64,000 nucleotides of DNA, from contig JBEKSS010000011.1 of assembly GCA_049516875.1 (NCBI GenBank), positions 32,001 through 96,000 of the forward strand. Direction: 5' to 3'. The position numbers and the translations under genes were made by a program. Source of the stretch: Candidatus Bathyarchaeia archaeon. Lineage in GTDB: Archaea > Thermoproteota > Bathyarchaeia > Bathyarchaeales > Bathycorpusculaceae. Under the pieces are notes generated by a model that saw nothing but the letters and a program-made list of their open reading frames with translations, searched no databases and was not told where the DNA came from. Below, one piece after another: positions 37,267 through 47,497 of the stretch; positions within the stretch are counted from its first letter, which is position 1; each line of letters starts with the position of its first letter.

Positions 37267-37674
37267 GTGAAAAAGCACGGTCAAAGGGCCGCCATGCCAG
37301 TGAAAAAGCCAGAAGAGACCCCTCATTCAACAGTCAGAGGCAAGATTGAAGCAATCCAAAGAGAAATAAAAGCAATTCAAATCAAAAGAGCGGCTATTGA
37401 AGAAGGCGCTGCTGAAATTCACACTGGCATACGAGCTATGGAAGTAAGCATAAACAAACAGATCGATAAATACAAAGATGCGATCGCCGTCTTTCATGCA
37501 AGTGTTGGAGACTTCAATAACTCTATTCTTGCGCAGTCGAAGGAAAACGAAAAAGCTGCCGCAACTATCTATTCTGGCGCACGAGAAATCCAAGCAGGCA
37601 TAGAAGCTATGCGGTCAAGTATCGAAGGCAAGATAATGGAAAACGCAGGGTACGTAAAGGACTTTTACGGGTAA
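37267..37674 (+). CDS. Repetitive amphipathic helical protein, GvpC-like
   Basis: Directly after gvpA; internal repeat AAEIHTGIRAMEVSI / AREIQAGIEAMRSSI; ends YVKDFYG. Confidence 0.5.
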   Translation: MKKHGQRAAMPVKKPEETPHSTVRGKIEAIQREIKAIQIKRAAIEEGAAEIHTGIRAMEVSINKQIDKYKDAIAVFHASVGDFNNSILAQSKENEKAAATIYSGAREIQAGIEAMRSSIEGKIMENAGYVKDFYG

Positions 37675-37994
37675 ATACCCCCTTTTTTCGATTTCTTAAG
37701 CTCATGTTAGACTTATAGTTTGGAGGTGGCAAAAATCACTATTATGAGACCGAAAACCCATTTGCGCGCTCAAGAAAGAGAAAGAAAGCAAAAGTGGTAT
37801 ATGCAAGAAATGGAAAAACTGCAACACTTATCTATCGCCATGCGTCCACAAGCGATTCGCGCCTTATGGGTAAGAGATGTCGTTAAGAAAGAAGAGGAAG
37901 AATAACCGCTTGCAGAAGGACATCTCCTTTCTGTTTTTCAGTTCCGATGTTTGAGCGCGCGCATAGTGACCTGCAGGTTAGGAAAGGTGGACGT

Positions 37995-40190
37995 GTGCTG
38001 GAGCATACACAAAAATCGAATATCTTGACACTTCGTGTGGCTGAAGCCTCGCAAAGAGACTTTGGCAGGGGCGTAGCTAGAGTCGACCCCGAAGACCTGG
38101 GAAAAATCAGTGCGGAAACCGGCGACGTTATCATAATTACTGGGAAGAAGAGAACTGCTGCGAAGGTTATGCCAGCATACCCAGAAAACCGTGGCAAAGG
38201 CATCATCCAGATCGACGGGATAACCAGGAACAATGCACTTGTCGGAATTGACGACAAGGTTCACATCGAGCGAGTTACTGCTGAAAAAGCCGAAACCGTT
38301 GTTCTCGCGCCTTTGGACAAGACCCAGTCTTGGCTTAGAGAGAAAACATACGAAGACCATGCGAAGAAGCTTTTGGAAGGTTTGCCACTGACTGAAGGAG
38401 ACCAAGTCAGGTTTAGCTTTCTTGGGACAAGTGCCTCCTTTGTCGTAGCGCAATTGAAGCCGAAGAGTATGGCTGTTATAGTTTATCCCAGCACAAGAAT
38501 AATGATACAAGAAAAGGCCGTGGAAACGGGAAGAACAGTAGGCGTCACGTACGAAGACATTGGTGGGCTCCGCGAACAGACTCAGAGAATAAGAGAGATG
38601 ATAGAGCTTCCACTTCGACATCCAGAGGTCTTTGACCGGCTAGGTATAGAACCGCCTAAAGGTGTCTTGCTGCACGGTCCACCAGGCACAGGAAAAACCC
38701 TCATTGCAAAAGCCGTCGCGAACGAAACTTTCGCGACTTTTATCAGTCTCAGCGGCGCCGAAATCCACGGCAAATATTACGGAGAATCAGAGGCTCATCT
38801 AAGAGAAATCTTCAATCAAGCCGCACAAAATAAACCGTGCATCATATTCATCGACGAAATCGATGCCATAGCACCCAAGAGAGAAGAGGTTACGGGAGAA
38901 GTTGAAAAGAGAGTAGTTTCCCAACTGCTAGCTCTGATGGATGGATTGGAACCTAGAGGACAAGTGATGATCATTGGAGCGACAAATCGGCCTAATGCCA
39001 TTGACCCGGCTCTTAGAAGATCAGGGAGGTTCGACCGGGAAATTGAAATAGGGATACCCAACAGGGAAGGGCGATTCGAGATTCTTCAAATTCACACGCG
39101 AGGTATGCCGTTGACCCAAAATGTAAACTTGCGAAGACTTGGTGACTTGACTCATGGCTTCACTGGTGCTGATATGTCGGGATTATGCAAAGAGGCATCT
39201 ATGAAAGCCTTGCGGAGAGTTCTGCCTGAGATTGACTTCGAAGCAGAGTATATCCCAGCAGAAGTTCTTAACAAACTTGTAGTAACGATGGAAGATTTTG
39301 TGGATGCCTTGCGTTTTGTAGAACCTTCCGCCTTAAGGGAAGTGTTGATCGAAACACCTAATGTCGGTTGGAGCGACATTGGGGGGCTGGAAGAAGTGAA
39401 ACAGGCCCTGATGGAAGCCATTGAATGGCCATTGAAATACCCCGACATCTTTGAAAGAATGGGGGCGAAGCCTCCGAAAGGCATATTGCTATACGGGCCT
39501 CCCGGAACTGGCAAAACTCTGTTAGCCAAAGCTGTGGCTAAGGAAGGCGAGGCAAATTTCATTCACGTTAAAGGGCCATCTCTCATGAGCAAGTTCGTGG
39601 GCGAATCGGAGAAAGGCATAAGAGAAACCTTCAGGAAAGCAAAGCAAACTGCGCCGTGCATAATCTTCTTTGATGAGATAGATTCTATGACGCCTAGGCG
39701 CGGAAGCGGAATTACAGACTCGCATGTTTCAGAAAGAGTGATAAGCCAACTTCTTACCGAAATGGACGGGCTGGAGGAACTTCAGGGAGTCATCATTCTA
39801 GCCGCAACAAATCGAATAGATCTGATTGACCCGGCACTACTGAGACCCGGAAGATTCGACTATCTTCTTTCCATTCCGGCACCAGACGAAAAAGGGAGAG
39901 CAGAAATTTTCAGGATTCGCACCAAGAAGAGTTCTCTAGCCAAAAGTGTTTCCCTCAAGAAGTTGGTTGCAGAAACTGAAGGATACACGGGGGCTGACAT
40001 AGAAGGGATCTGCAGAGAGGCTGTGATGCTAGCCATCAGAAGATATATAGGCAAAAGCACAAAACAAGACGAAAACAGACGAAAACACTCCAAGCTTGAA
40101 GTGACCATGGAAGACTTCCAAGAAGCAATCAAGAAAATGAAGGAACGCAAAAAATCAGTTGACACCAATCAGGAAGAACCTATCCTATGA
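37995..40190 (+). CDS. cdc48: CDC48/VCP-family AAA ATPase
   Basis: Two GPPGTGKTL modules; [30 protein letters not shown]. Confidence 0.95.
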   Translation: MLEHTQKSNILTLRVAEASQRDFGRGVARVDPEDLGKISAETGDVIIITGKKRTAAKVMPAYPENRGKGIIQIDGITRNNALVGIDDKVHIERVTAEKAETVVLAPLDKTQSWLREKTYEDHAKKLLEGLPLTEGDQVRFSFLGTSASFVVAQLKPKSMAVIVYPSTRIMIQEKAVETGRTVGVTYEDIGGLREQTQRIREMIELPLRHPEVFDRLGIEPPKGVLLHGPPGTGKTLIAKAVANETFATFISLSGAEIHGKYYGESEAHLREIFNQAAQNKPCIIFIDEIDAIAPKREEVTGEVEKRVVSQLLALMDGLEPRGQVMIIGATNRPNAIDPALRRSGRFDREIEIGIPNREGRFEILQIHTRGMPLTQNVNLRRLGDLTHGFTGADMSGLCKEASMKALRRVLPEIDFEAEYIPAEVLNKLVVTMEDFVDALRFVEPSALREVLIETPNVGWSDIGGLEEVKQALMEAIEWPLKYPDIFERMGAKPPKGILLYGPPGTGKTLLAKAVAKEGEANFIHVKGPSLMSKFVGESEKGIRETFRKAKQTAPCIIFFDEIDSMTPRRGSGITDSHVSERVISQLLTEMDGLEELQGVIILAATNRIDLIDPALLRPGRFDYLLSIPAPDEKGRAEIFRIRTKKSSLAKSVSLKKLVAETEGYTGADIEGICREAVMLAIRRYIGKSTKQDENRRKHSKLEVTMEDFQEAIKKMKERKKSVDTNQEEPIL

Positions 40191-41179
40191 GAAAACTGAC
40201 GGCCAACGGAATTCAAAGTCTGAACTTTCAAGGAGACATAGAATCTACTAAAAAATTGATCAATCAGACACTCCGGAAAATCCATAAAAAAATGGTAGAA
40301 TTATTCAACATCGATTTCACGTACTTTAGAGACATCAACATAATCAAGCAACCCGAACTTCTCAAGCAATTGGCCAAACGCATGTGGAGCGATCTCAAGG
40401 AAAGCGGCGTAGTATGTAGCAACGACCATATGAAACAAATCCTCGACAGCCTTTCAAAGAACCAAGTGGAAGGATTCTTCGAAAACTTCGCTTTCTATAA
40501 CCCGAAAGATGAAATTCTGTACATAAATGAAAATGTCATAACAAACCACCCAAAAAGAGTGATTCCTATATGCGCACACGAGCTGTCGGAGAAGCTTCTG
40601 TCCACTTATCTTTCGAAGTCCCTTAAAGCGCCCACCCAAGTTCTTATCAGGAAATATGTTGAAGCTAAGAGAACTAACAGCATAAGGAAGTTTTATGAGT
40701 ATTTGGACATGTACATAGATACGGTTTTCAAGAGTGTTTTCAAAGAAGGGTGTTGCGAGGCATTGGCTCTTCGAACCTTGCGCGACACAGAATATGGAGT
40801 TGAGACGGCGTCGCTGGAAAAAGAGTTGTTGATAGGTCATTCAAAATGTGTAAAACTTCTCTTTTCTCTTGAAAGCATAAGGAGTGCAGAAAGGGCAAGA
40901 AAAGCCGAAGTGCACCTGCAACGCGAAGGGGGCCAAGGTCAAGAGATAAACGCGGAGAATCTGGCCAAAGAGTTTTTCCGGGATTCCCAGGTGATTAAGG
41001 GGCTCTCGTATTATTTAGGTTACCCACTAGCAAAGGCTGTTTTAGAGAAGTACTCGATTGAGGGTGTGAAAGCTGCTCTGGAAAAGAGCCCCCCGCTTGA
41101 GGCCAAGTATTTTGCTGCTCCGGAAGAGTACGTAGCCCTGCTGGAAGAACTGCAAGTAGCTAGTGAACAGAGGAGGTGA
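40187..41179 (+). CDS. Hypothetical protein with degenerate zincin-like motif
   Basis: [24 protein letters not shown]; overlaps cdc48 and the hsp20 gene. Confidence 0.65.
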   Translation: MRKLTANGIQSLNFQGDIESTKKLINQTLRKIHKKMVELFNIDFTYFRDINIIKQPELLKQLAKRMWSDLKESGVVCSNDHMKQILDSLSKNQVEGFFENFAFYNPKDEILYINENVITNHPKRVIPICAHELSEKLLSTYLSKSLKAPTQVLIRKYVEAKRTNSIRKFYEYLDMYIDTVFKSVFKEGCCEALALRTLRDTEYGVETASLEKELLIGHSKCVKLLFSLESIRSAERARKAEVHLQREGGQGQEINAENLAKEFFRDSQVIKGLSYYLGYPLAKAVLEKYSIEGVKAALEKSPPLEAKYFAAPEEYVALLEELQVASEQRR

Positions 41180-41918
41180 AAAAACGACTAAAAAAGCGAA
41201 AAAAGACTTGGAAACACTCAGGACCGAAATTAAGCAAAAAGAAGAGGAAATTGAACAGTTGAAAGAAAAAGTGGAAAAGATGGGGGTTCAAATCCAAGAA
41301 AAAGAGAAACAAGAGAAAACTGGTGAACCAGAGCTGGGCAAGATGATCGAGAATGTCTCAGGTCTGCTTGACGTTGGTTTCGGCATTTTTGGCACGTCGG
41401 AGAAGAGCCAAGGCGGAAAATCGAAAGGTCAAGGATTGATTGGATTAATCGATGATTTAAGCAAACTGACGGAGAAATCTCAGACATATCAAAAGAGAGT
41501 TGAGCTTGGAAAAACGGGGGAAGTCAACTTCCGCGTGACTTCTCGTCCGATAAGAGGGCCTGCGGCAAATATGGCAGACAGAATAAAGATGAGTAAGCCT
41601 CAGAACAAGGTTTCTCCTGCTCCGACAAAGATTCCTGCAGGGCCAATAAAGGAGAGAGAACCAATAGTTGATGTCTTCGAAGATGGAGATTTCGTAAATG
41701 TCATGGCTGAGCTGCTTGGTGTAGAAGAAAGCAAGGTAAAACTGGAAGTAGAGAACGATGTCTTAACGATAAGGAGTGACACTTCTGCAAGGAAATACTA
41801 TAAAGAAGTAAAACTTCCGACATCTGTCAAGAAAGACCCTGTTGAATCAAAGTTCAGGAACGGTATCTTAGAAATCAAGTTAGTCAAGGCAAAGCGTTCT
41901 CCAGGAAAAGATGCTTAG
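41163..41918 (+). CDS. Coiled-coil + Hsp20 (GvpH-like) protein
   Basis: REPIVDVFE...KYYKEVKLP...FRNGILEIKL. Confidence 0.85.
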   Translation: MNRGGEKTTKKAKKDLETLRTEIKQKEEEIEQLKEKVEKMGVQIQEKEKQEKTGEPELGKMIENVSGLLDVGFGIFGTSEKSQGGKSKGQGLIGLIDDLSKLTEKSQTYQKRVELGKTGEVNFRVTSRPIRGPAANMADRIKMSKPQNKVSPAPTKIPAGPIKEREPIVDVFEDGDFVNVMAELLGVEESKVKLEVENDVLTIRSDTSARKYYKEVKLPTSVKKDPVESKFRNGILEIKLVKAKRSPGKDA

Positions 41919-42756
41919 CACGAGGGTTTCATGAAACATCAGTGTCACATTAGCTTGCGCTAGGATCTTGGTTTTAGACTGCTGCGTTTTTCTATTTGTC
42001 TGTTTCTTGATTGGCTTATTCTTGAAGATTTGAGACAGATTCTGTTTTCTTGATTCGTCGTTTCTGGTCAATAACATGACAAATTCTTCGCGCGCGACTT
42101 TGTGCATATCTCACTATGAGATACGGGCCCATCAAGTCGGTGATCTCTTACGCAAGTTCGCTTAAGATGACTTTCAGTCCATTAGCCCTGCTTTAGTTTT
42201 CTCCCTGAGCAACCACGCGTTGAAGAGTTTTGAGAAGCCCAGCACTTGTTACAAATTGAAATGCACGCACAGAAGATAAGGTCTGCTAGTGCTCAGATTC
42301 GGAGTGCTGAATAATGATTATATCTAGAGGCTTCGAATGCCACGCGTTTCTCACACTGAGGAACGATGGAATGAAGCAGAAAAAGAGCACACTAATCTCA
42401 ACTGCGATGATAGGTTGTAGTTGGAAGACGCAGTTCGTAAGACGTCATCTTGTTCTTTGTGGCAACCCTCCTTATGTTATGTCGGTTAAGACAGTAAGGA
42501 TTGGAAGGGAACCCGCCGAACCAACGGCGGGCGTTGACCTACGATATGTGCTTGATGGTCATGTGTGCGCCCGAAAACAAAGGGCTGAGAAAGCATGAGC
42601 ACAGTAACAACAACAGCATATAGAGCGCGCGCTAACCTGATAGCGCTTCCACATCCTTTGAGTGCAACGGCAGTTCTGACTCTGAGTTTGAAATATCAGC
42701 GTTTCATAAGCGATAATACTCGCCCCCTGGTTATCGCAAAGGGAGAGACGAAACAA

Positions 42757-42876
42757 ATGAATTCAGAGGTTACGGAATTAAGCCGGATAATATGCAATCG
42801 CTGTGACCAGAAGGAATATGAAAAATGCAGAACTTGCAGAATCTATCAACTCATAAACAGAATAGTTGCGAGATAG
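42757..42876 (+). CDS. 39-aa four-Cys peptide
   Basis: MNSEVTELSRIICNRC...CRTCRIYQLINRIVAR with GGAG upstream; lies between two (GC)n tracts. Confidence 0.5.
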   Translation: MNSEVTELSRIICNRCDQKEYEKCRTCRIYQLINRIVAR

Positions 42877-42908
42877 GCGCGCGTATCCATCTAACTCCTT
42901 TGCTGTGT

Positions 42909-43100
42909 GCGCGCGAGAGGATGCTGAAGACGAGGTTTGCACACTGGCTTGACCATTTTGGGATACGGTTTCACCAGATACACGCTTCTGGACATATGAA
43001 CAAAGAGCAGATAGGAAGTCTCATCAGTAAGATAGAACCAAATAAAATCTGTCCTGTGCACACAGAAAATGCGCGTTTACTCAAAAAGATAGCGCGCATT
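42909..43100 (+). pseudogene. C-terminal fragment of an RNase J-like MBL/beta-CASP hydrolase
   Basis: HQIHASGH...IEPNKICPVHTEN; starts at a GCGCGCG tract. Confidence 0.75.
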
Positions 43101-43132
43101 GTTGAGAGGAATCCGTACGTATGCAAGCGCTA

Positions 43133-43741
43133 TTATGATGATTGGTAGTAGCCTTTATCGACTTTAACGAAGATTAACGGACCCTTGCTTTGGGCCAGTT
43201 CTCGCGCCTTTCTCAAAGTGTCGTTTACGACGTTCAGTATTCGTTCTTCATCGCTTTCGTAGTCTTTCTTTTCGTCTCCCAGCTCCATTTTGATGAGGTT
43301 CTCTGCCAGGATTGATGTGCCGCAGATCTCGCCGTTCTTGACGAGGGTAGATATGAGGACATCTTCGATTTCATGACGATTCGAAAGGCTTCCCCACGCT
43401 GCTTCGCCGTTGCTCAGAATCTTTGTCGCGTGGTTCCATTTCTTAGAGTTCTCATTGCCGATTAGCAGCTTTACTCGTTCCTTCCACTTGGTAAGCCAGA
43501 TTCCAGTCCAGACTCCTAGGAACTCTTCCAGCTCGCTTGCGTTTTCGTTGAAGAACTTTTCAAGCCTTTCTACGATTTCGCATTCATTTGCTTCTTTTCC
43601 TACAAGATCCCAGTGGACTTTGAGATAGTTTGTCAGGTCCTGACATGCAATTTGGAGTACCTTGCGGTCAGAGCCTAAGACATCTAACATTGGGTTCTTG
43701 TCTTTGAGTTTTTCTGATAGCAATATTTCTATGAAGTTCAT
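43133..43741 (-). CDS. Conserved hypothetical protein
   Basis: Long ORF with protein-like composition. Confidence 0.7.
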   Translation of the reverse strand: MNFIEILLSEKLKDKNPMLDVLGSDRKVLQIACQDLTNYLKVHWDLVGKEANECEIVERLEKFFNENASELEEFLGVWTGIWLTKWKERVKLLIGNENSKKWNHATKILSNGEAAWGSLSNRHEIEDVLISTLVKNGEICGTSILAENLIKMELGDEKKDYESDEERILNVVNDTLRKARELAQSKGPLIFVKVDKGYYQSS

Positions 43742-43886
43742 GGTACTCCCGTCTCGAAGCCTTCTCCATCCTAACCTAGACATTTGCGCTTTTAATAAGC
43801 TTTATTCGTAGTGGCCTCTATAACATTCCTCAGTAGTTTTCAGCTATATTTCCCCTCTAGAAATATTCTAATGCCCCTTCAACGAC

Positions 43887-44546
43887 CTATTCGACATATA
43901 TCGTGAGTTCGTTAACGTTCTGCAAGATCAAGTCAGGTTTCTCCCTCGCCAACTCTTCGCGCGAGAATATTCCTGACAAGACCGCCACTGTGCGGGCTCC
44001 AGCATTCTTTCCAGCTCTTATGTCAATGACAGAGTCGCCTACGACTGCACAATCACGTATTTTCACATCCAAATGTTCTGCGCATTTGATGAGTGCTTCT
44101 GGAGAGGGTTTTGGTTTCAACGTGTCCTGAGATGTTACAATCTTCTGGATGTGTTTTGCTAAGCCAAACTTTGTCAACTCTCTCTTCACTTCTGTCTCAG
44201 GGATGTTGCGCCTTGTGGTCACAGCCAACTTTGCCTTGGATGAGAGTTTCTCAAGTGTGTCTGCAATGTTTGGAAATGGTTTGTTTTTCTTGATTGTGGC
44301 TTGATAATATGCCCCGAGGTAGATTTCCTTGAACCTCTTCACGTCAACTCCAATTATCAGATCATCTATGGGCAAGTCCTGCTCAAGTCTCCGGGGAATC
44401 TCCGTCACAATTCTTTCGTCAACCATCCTTTGTCCTGTTGAGGCAAAAGCGGTTTCAGCTGCTTCAGAGTATGCTCCTCTCGAATCCACCAATGTCCCGT
44501 CCAGATCAAAGATTATCGCCTTCACTTTCAACTTTGGGTTCTGCAT
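43887..44546 (-). CDS. HAD-family phosphatase
   Basis: FDLDGTLVD, KPKPSPE, VGDSVIDI. Confidence 0.92.
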   Translation of the reverse strand: MQNPKLKVKAIIFDLDGTLVDSRGAYSEAAETAFASTGQRMVDERIVTEIPRRLEQDLPIDDLIIGVDVKRFKEIYLGAYYQATIKKNKPFPNIADTLEKLSSKAKLAVTTRRNIPETEVKRELTKFGLAKHIQKIVTSQDTLKPKPSPEALIKCAEHLDVKIRDCAVVGDSVIDIRAGKNAGARTVAVLSGIFSREELAREKPDLILQNVNELTIYVE

Positions 44547-44950
44547 GTTTCATCCTCAAACAGGCTGGATTCGGTCTTACTGCTCGTTTCGATAAGTTTT
44601 TATTCGCTGCGTCTTGGAGATATCTCCCGCGCAATCCCCTTTTTTCTTTTTTGGTGAGCATGTCTCTTAAATGTTTTGGGTTGGTGGAAATGGGGCACAC
44701 AGAGCTCAACCTGTGGAAACTTCGAAGGGTTCGAAGGCAAGAAGGGAACTGCGTAACGGTTTAGGTGCTGTTCTTGGCTGGGGCTCGTGGAAGTAAAAAT
44801 TCTTGCGGTTCAATATCACCTTTCTACACGTGCGGAAATCTTGCGTGCGGTCGTCATCCCGCCAGGTGTATCTATCAGCGTGAACAATGTTCTAGACGTC
44901 GTGAAAGGCGAGGTCTTGGTTGATAGTCGTGGCCAGGGAAGTTTTCAGCG

Positions 44951-45391
44951 GTGAAAAACGAGGGGGTCTATGGAACGTTGCGGGCTCGTGTGCCTTACAA
45001 CGTTCTGGTGGCCCGTCGTATTTTTCAACTTCGACGAAGCGTTAGGCTTGATACGCAGCGTTTGAGGACGAGGACGATTGAGCGGTTGGATCAGCTTTTT
45101 GCTTTTGCCACGTTGATTGCGAGTGGGCAGATGAAGTGGCAGAGGGTTGAGGGTGAGGAGCGGCCGATAACGTTGAAGCAGCGGCAGATGTGGGCGCATG
45201 TGGCTGCCTACATTGGGCAGATTATGGGTAACCTCGCAAACGGCTATGACGAGAGGCAGGTGGACGAGGATTTAGCTGAACTGGAACGGCTTGTGGATGA
45301 GATCAAGAAACAAATCAAGGCTAAGGGGGCTCAAGCAGGAATTCCAGGAGACCAGAAGCCAGGGGACAACTCCAAACCTAGCACTGCCTGA
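44951..45391 (+). CDS. Provirus-associated protein, putative terminase small subunit
   Basis: Helical protein overlapping the start of a terminase large-subunit fragment (positional inference). Confidence 0.45.
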   Translation: MKNEGVYGTLRARVPYNVLVARRIFQLRRSVRLDTQRLRTRTIERLDQLFAFATLIASGQMKWQRVEGEERPITLKQRQMWAHVAAYIGQIMGNLANGYDERQVDEDLAELERLVDEIKKQIKAKGAQAGIPGDQKPGDNSKPSTA

Positions 45392-45506
45392 AGACCCCGT
45401 TCAGTTTGTTCAAGTACTCTTCGGCTTCACACCCAAGGAATACCAGGCCAGCCTCCTACGGGACGAGAAGAAGGGGATTGTTGTCCGCTGCTCTCAGCAG
45501 GCGTGA
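45384..45506 (+). pseudogene. N-terminal stub of terminase large subunit
   Basis: DPVQFVQVLFGFTPKEYQASLL...IVVRCSQQA*; adenine-binding YQ motif, broken at the expected RQxGKT Walker A. Confidence 0.6.
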
Positions 45507-45544
45507 AGCCCCCCTTGAAGACAGCTCCAGAAATTTGTAGCCTT

Positions 45545-45576
45545 GTATAGAAGTTTCTATGTATAGACGTTTCTAT
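45545..45576. repeat. Palindromic 16-bp unit (tandem pair) at the 3' end of the ATPase gene
   Basis: GTATAGAAGTTTCTAT followed by GTATAGACGTTTCTAT. Confidence 0.75.
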
Positions 45577-46736
45577 TCTTTTTGCGTCAGAAAGTAGTTA
45601 TTGACAATTTTGTCGGTGATTGAGTATTTTCCCTCGTTCTTCTCGATTAGATCGTATTTTTCCAGTTCTTGAAGGTAGAAGGGAAGGCTGGACAGTTTCA
45701 GTTTTATCTGTTTTGATATCTGGGAGGCTGTATTGTTTCCTTGCGAAATTGCTTGGAGGATCCGCTTCAGTCTTGCCTCTTTTGTTGATGAGCCCAAGTC
45801 TTCCTTCAGAATGTAGTTGACGTACAGGTTGAGTGCGCCCGAGGTGCTTGTAAGAATCCTCTCATACGTTTGTCTCAGGGTTTCTCCGGGTTTCCAGTTT
45901 TCTGCCAGCATTATGAGATAGTAGGGATGACCGCCCACGAGTTGCCATGCGCTCTCTGCCTCTTTCTTGCTGCATTCGGCGGTCTGCATGAACAGCTCAA
46001 CGGCGTATTTTTCAGACAGCGGGCTTATCTCCATAATGACGAAGTGTCCGAACAGCGGGCTTTCACCTTTTCCCAGCACGTCTCTCATGAAGTGTACCCT
46101 TGACCCGCTTACGACGTATTCGACGTTTTCTCGGTTCTCAAGCACGCTTCTGAACAGTTCAGTTATCGCTTCAAGCTTGGAATACCGTTTAAATTCGATG
46201 AGGCTTGGAAACTCGTCTATGATTATTACGATTCTTCTGCCGCTCTTTTCTGACACTTCGTTGGCGTAGCCGAAAGCTAGCAGAAAGAGGCTGCGGTAAT
46301 CTTCGGTCTCTTTCAATTCAGGGTGAATCTGGACTGAGAACTGTCCCTTTTCATCTACCGATGGCTCGATGGTGAAGCTTAGTTTCTTGAGTTTCTTCAG
46401 TGTTCTTATGAGGTTGCTGACGGTGACTTGGGCCTTTTCAATCTTACCAAGATCTTTGGCATAGGCGTTCGTTATCTGCGACATCACGTTCTGCGCAAAA
46501 TCATAGGGTGAGAACCTGTAAACCGAAAGGTCAACGTACACAGTTATTATTCCCTTTCTCTGCAGCTCCTCCCTGACTTTCAGGAGTATAGTTGTTTTTC
46601 CAATTCTCCTCGGACCTATCAAGGCATAGTTAACGTCCTTTAATGGATTTGAGAGACTGCCCACAAGCCTTGTGACTTCCTCTTCCCTGTTTGTAATCTC
46701 CTTACGAGGCTTTCCCACAGTCATATTCGAGGCCAA
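45573..46736 (-). CDS. Archaeal ATPase (ATPase_2/STAND-like) with C-terminal wHTH
   Basis: GPRRIGKTT, IIIDEFP, GGHPYY. Confidence 0.88.
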   Translation of the reverse strand: MASNMTVGKPRKEITNREEEVTRLVGSLSNPLKDVNYALIGPRRIGKTTILLKVREELQRKGIITVYVDLSVYRFSPYDFAQNVMSQITNAYAKDLGKIEKAQVTVSNLIRTLKKLKKLSFTIEPSVDEKGQFSVQIHPELKETEDYRSLFLLAFGYANEVSEKSGRRIVIIIDEFPSLIEFKRYSKLEAITELFRSVLENRENVEYVVSGSRVHFMRDVLGKGESPLFGHFVIMEISPLSEKYAVELFMQTAECSKKEAESAWQLVGGHPYYLIMLAENWKPGETLRQTYERILTSTSGALNLYVNYILKEDLGSSTKEARLKRILQAISQGNNTASQISKQIKLKLSSLPFYLQELEKYDLIEKNEGKYSITDKIVNNYFLTQKE

Positions 46737-46743
46737 GAGCTAA

Positions 46744-46775
46744 GTATAGAAGTTTCTATATATATCAATTTCTAT
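46744..46775. repeat. Palindromic 16-bp unit at the 5' end of the ATPase gene
   Basis: Identical GTATAGAAGTTTCTAT followed by degenerate ATATATCAATTTCTAT. Confidence 0.75.
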
Positions 46776-46930
46776 ACCATGCGCCCTCTGCACAATATAG
46801 TAGAAAAAGAGCGCGTTAGAAAAGGCATTGAAGTGTGTCGTAAGTGAGCTAGTTGAAAGTGATGGAAGAATCATGCAGAAAGTCAATCTCTTGTACTTCT
46901 TTACTCTGCAGCAGCGCGCACGGCGCGCGC

Positions 46931-47058
46931 TTGATGACCAATGGACCGTTAGAGTCGCAACCGACGTGAAAGAGGCCTGCACCCTCACAGAAGCAGGCTT
47001 CGAATACATCACAGGAGAATACGGCGATGGCGGCAAAATCTTCAGAAAAGGGAAATAG
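46931..47058 (+). pseudogene. C-terminal remnant of a probable tyrosine integrase
   Basis: DDQWTVRVATDVKEACTLTEAGFEYITGEYGDGGKIFRKGK*, starting right after (GC)4; tail recalled from Bathyarchaeia-type integrases. Confidence 0.6.
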
Positions 47059-47185
47059 CCCAAATCATCAAGGTACTGTAAATACAGTCAAAAACTACGT
47101 CGATAAGTTTTTATTTACGGCTAGTTGTCTAAGGTAGATACCTAATAAATCTGTTTAGAAGTAGAAGCGTCAGGAATGATGGGCG

Positions 47186-47494
47186 ATGGTTAGGAAAGCA
47201 CGAATACGCTTGACGAGTACGGACTACACAAAACTGGAGGAAGTGTGTGGTGAACTGAAAGTCATCGCCCAGAAAACAGGAGTCAAGATAAACGGTCCAG
47301 TTCCATTACCCACCAAACGTTTGAAAGTTCCAGTGTTGAAGTCGCCGTGTGGCGAAGGAACTGCAACGTGGGACAGGTGGGAAATGCGTATTCACAAACG
47401 TCTGATTGACATTGACGCTGAAGAGCGTGTTATGCGGCGTATCATGCGCATTCGCGTTCCAGAAGAGGTTCATGTTACTATAGAGCTTCTCTAG
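47186..47494 (+). CDS. rps10: 30S ribosomal protein uS10
   Basis: [31 protein letters not shown]. Confidence 0.97.
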   Translation: MVRKARIRLTSTDYTKLEEVCGELKVIAQKTGVKINGPVPLPTKRLKVPVLKSPCGEGTATWDRWEMRIHKRLIDIDAEERVMRRIMRIRVPEEVHVTIELL

Positions 47495-47497
47495 CGT

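Larger units (their letters stand above)
25528..42096. mobile_element. Gas vesicle genomic island (approximate bounds)
   Basis: Visibly AT-richer block inserted after rpl37e; bounded by GCGCGC (25528) and (CG)4 (42089); followed by gene debris. Confidence 0.5.
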
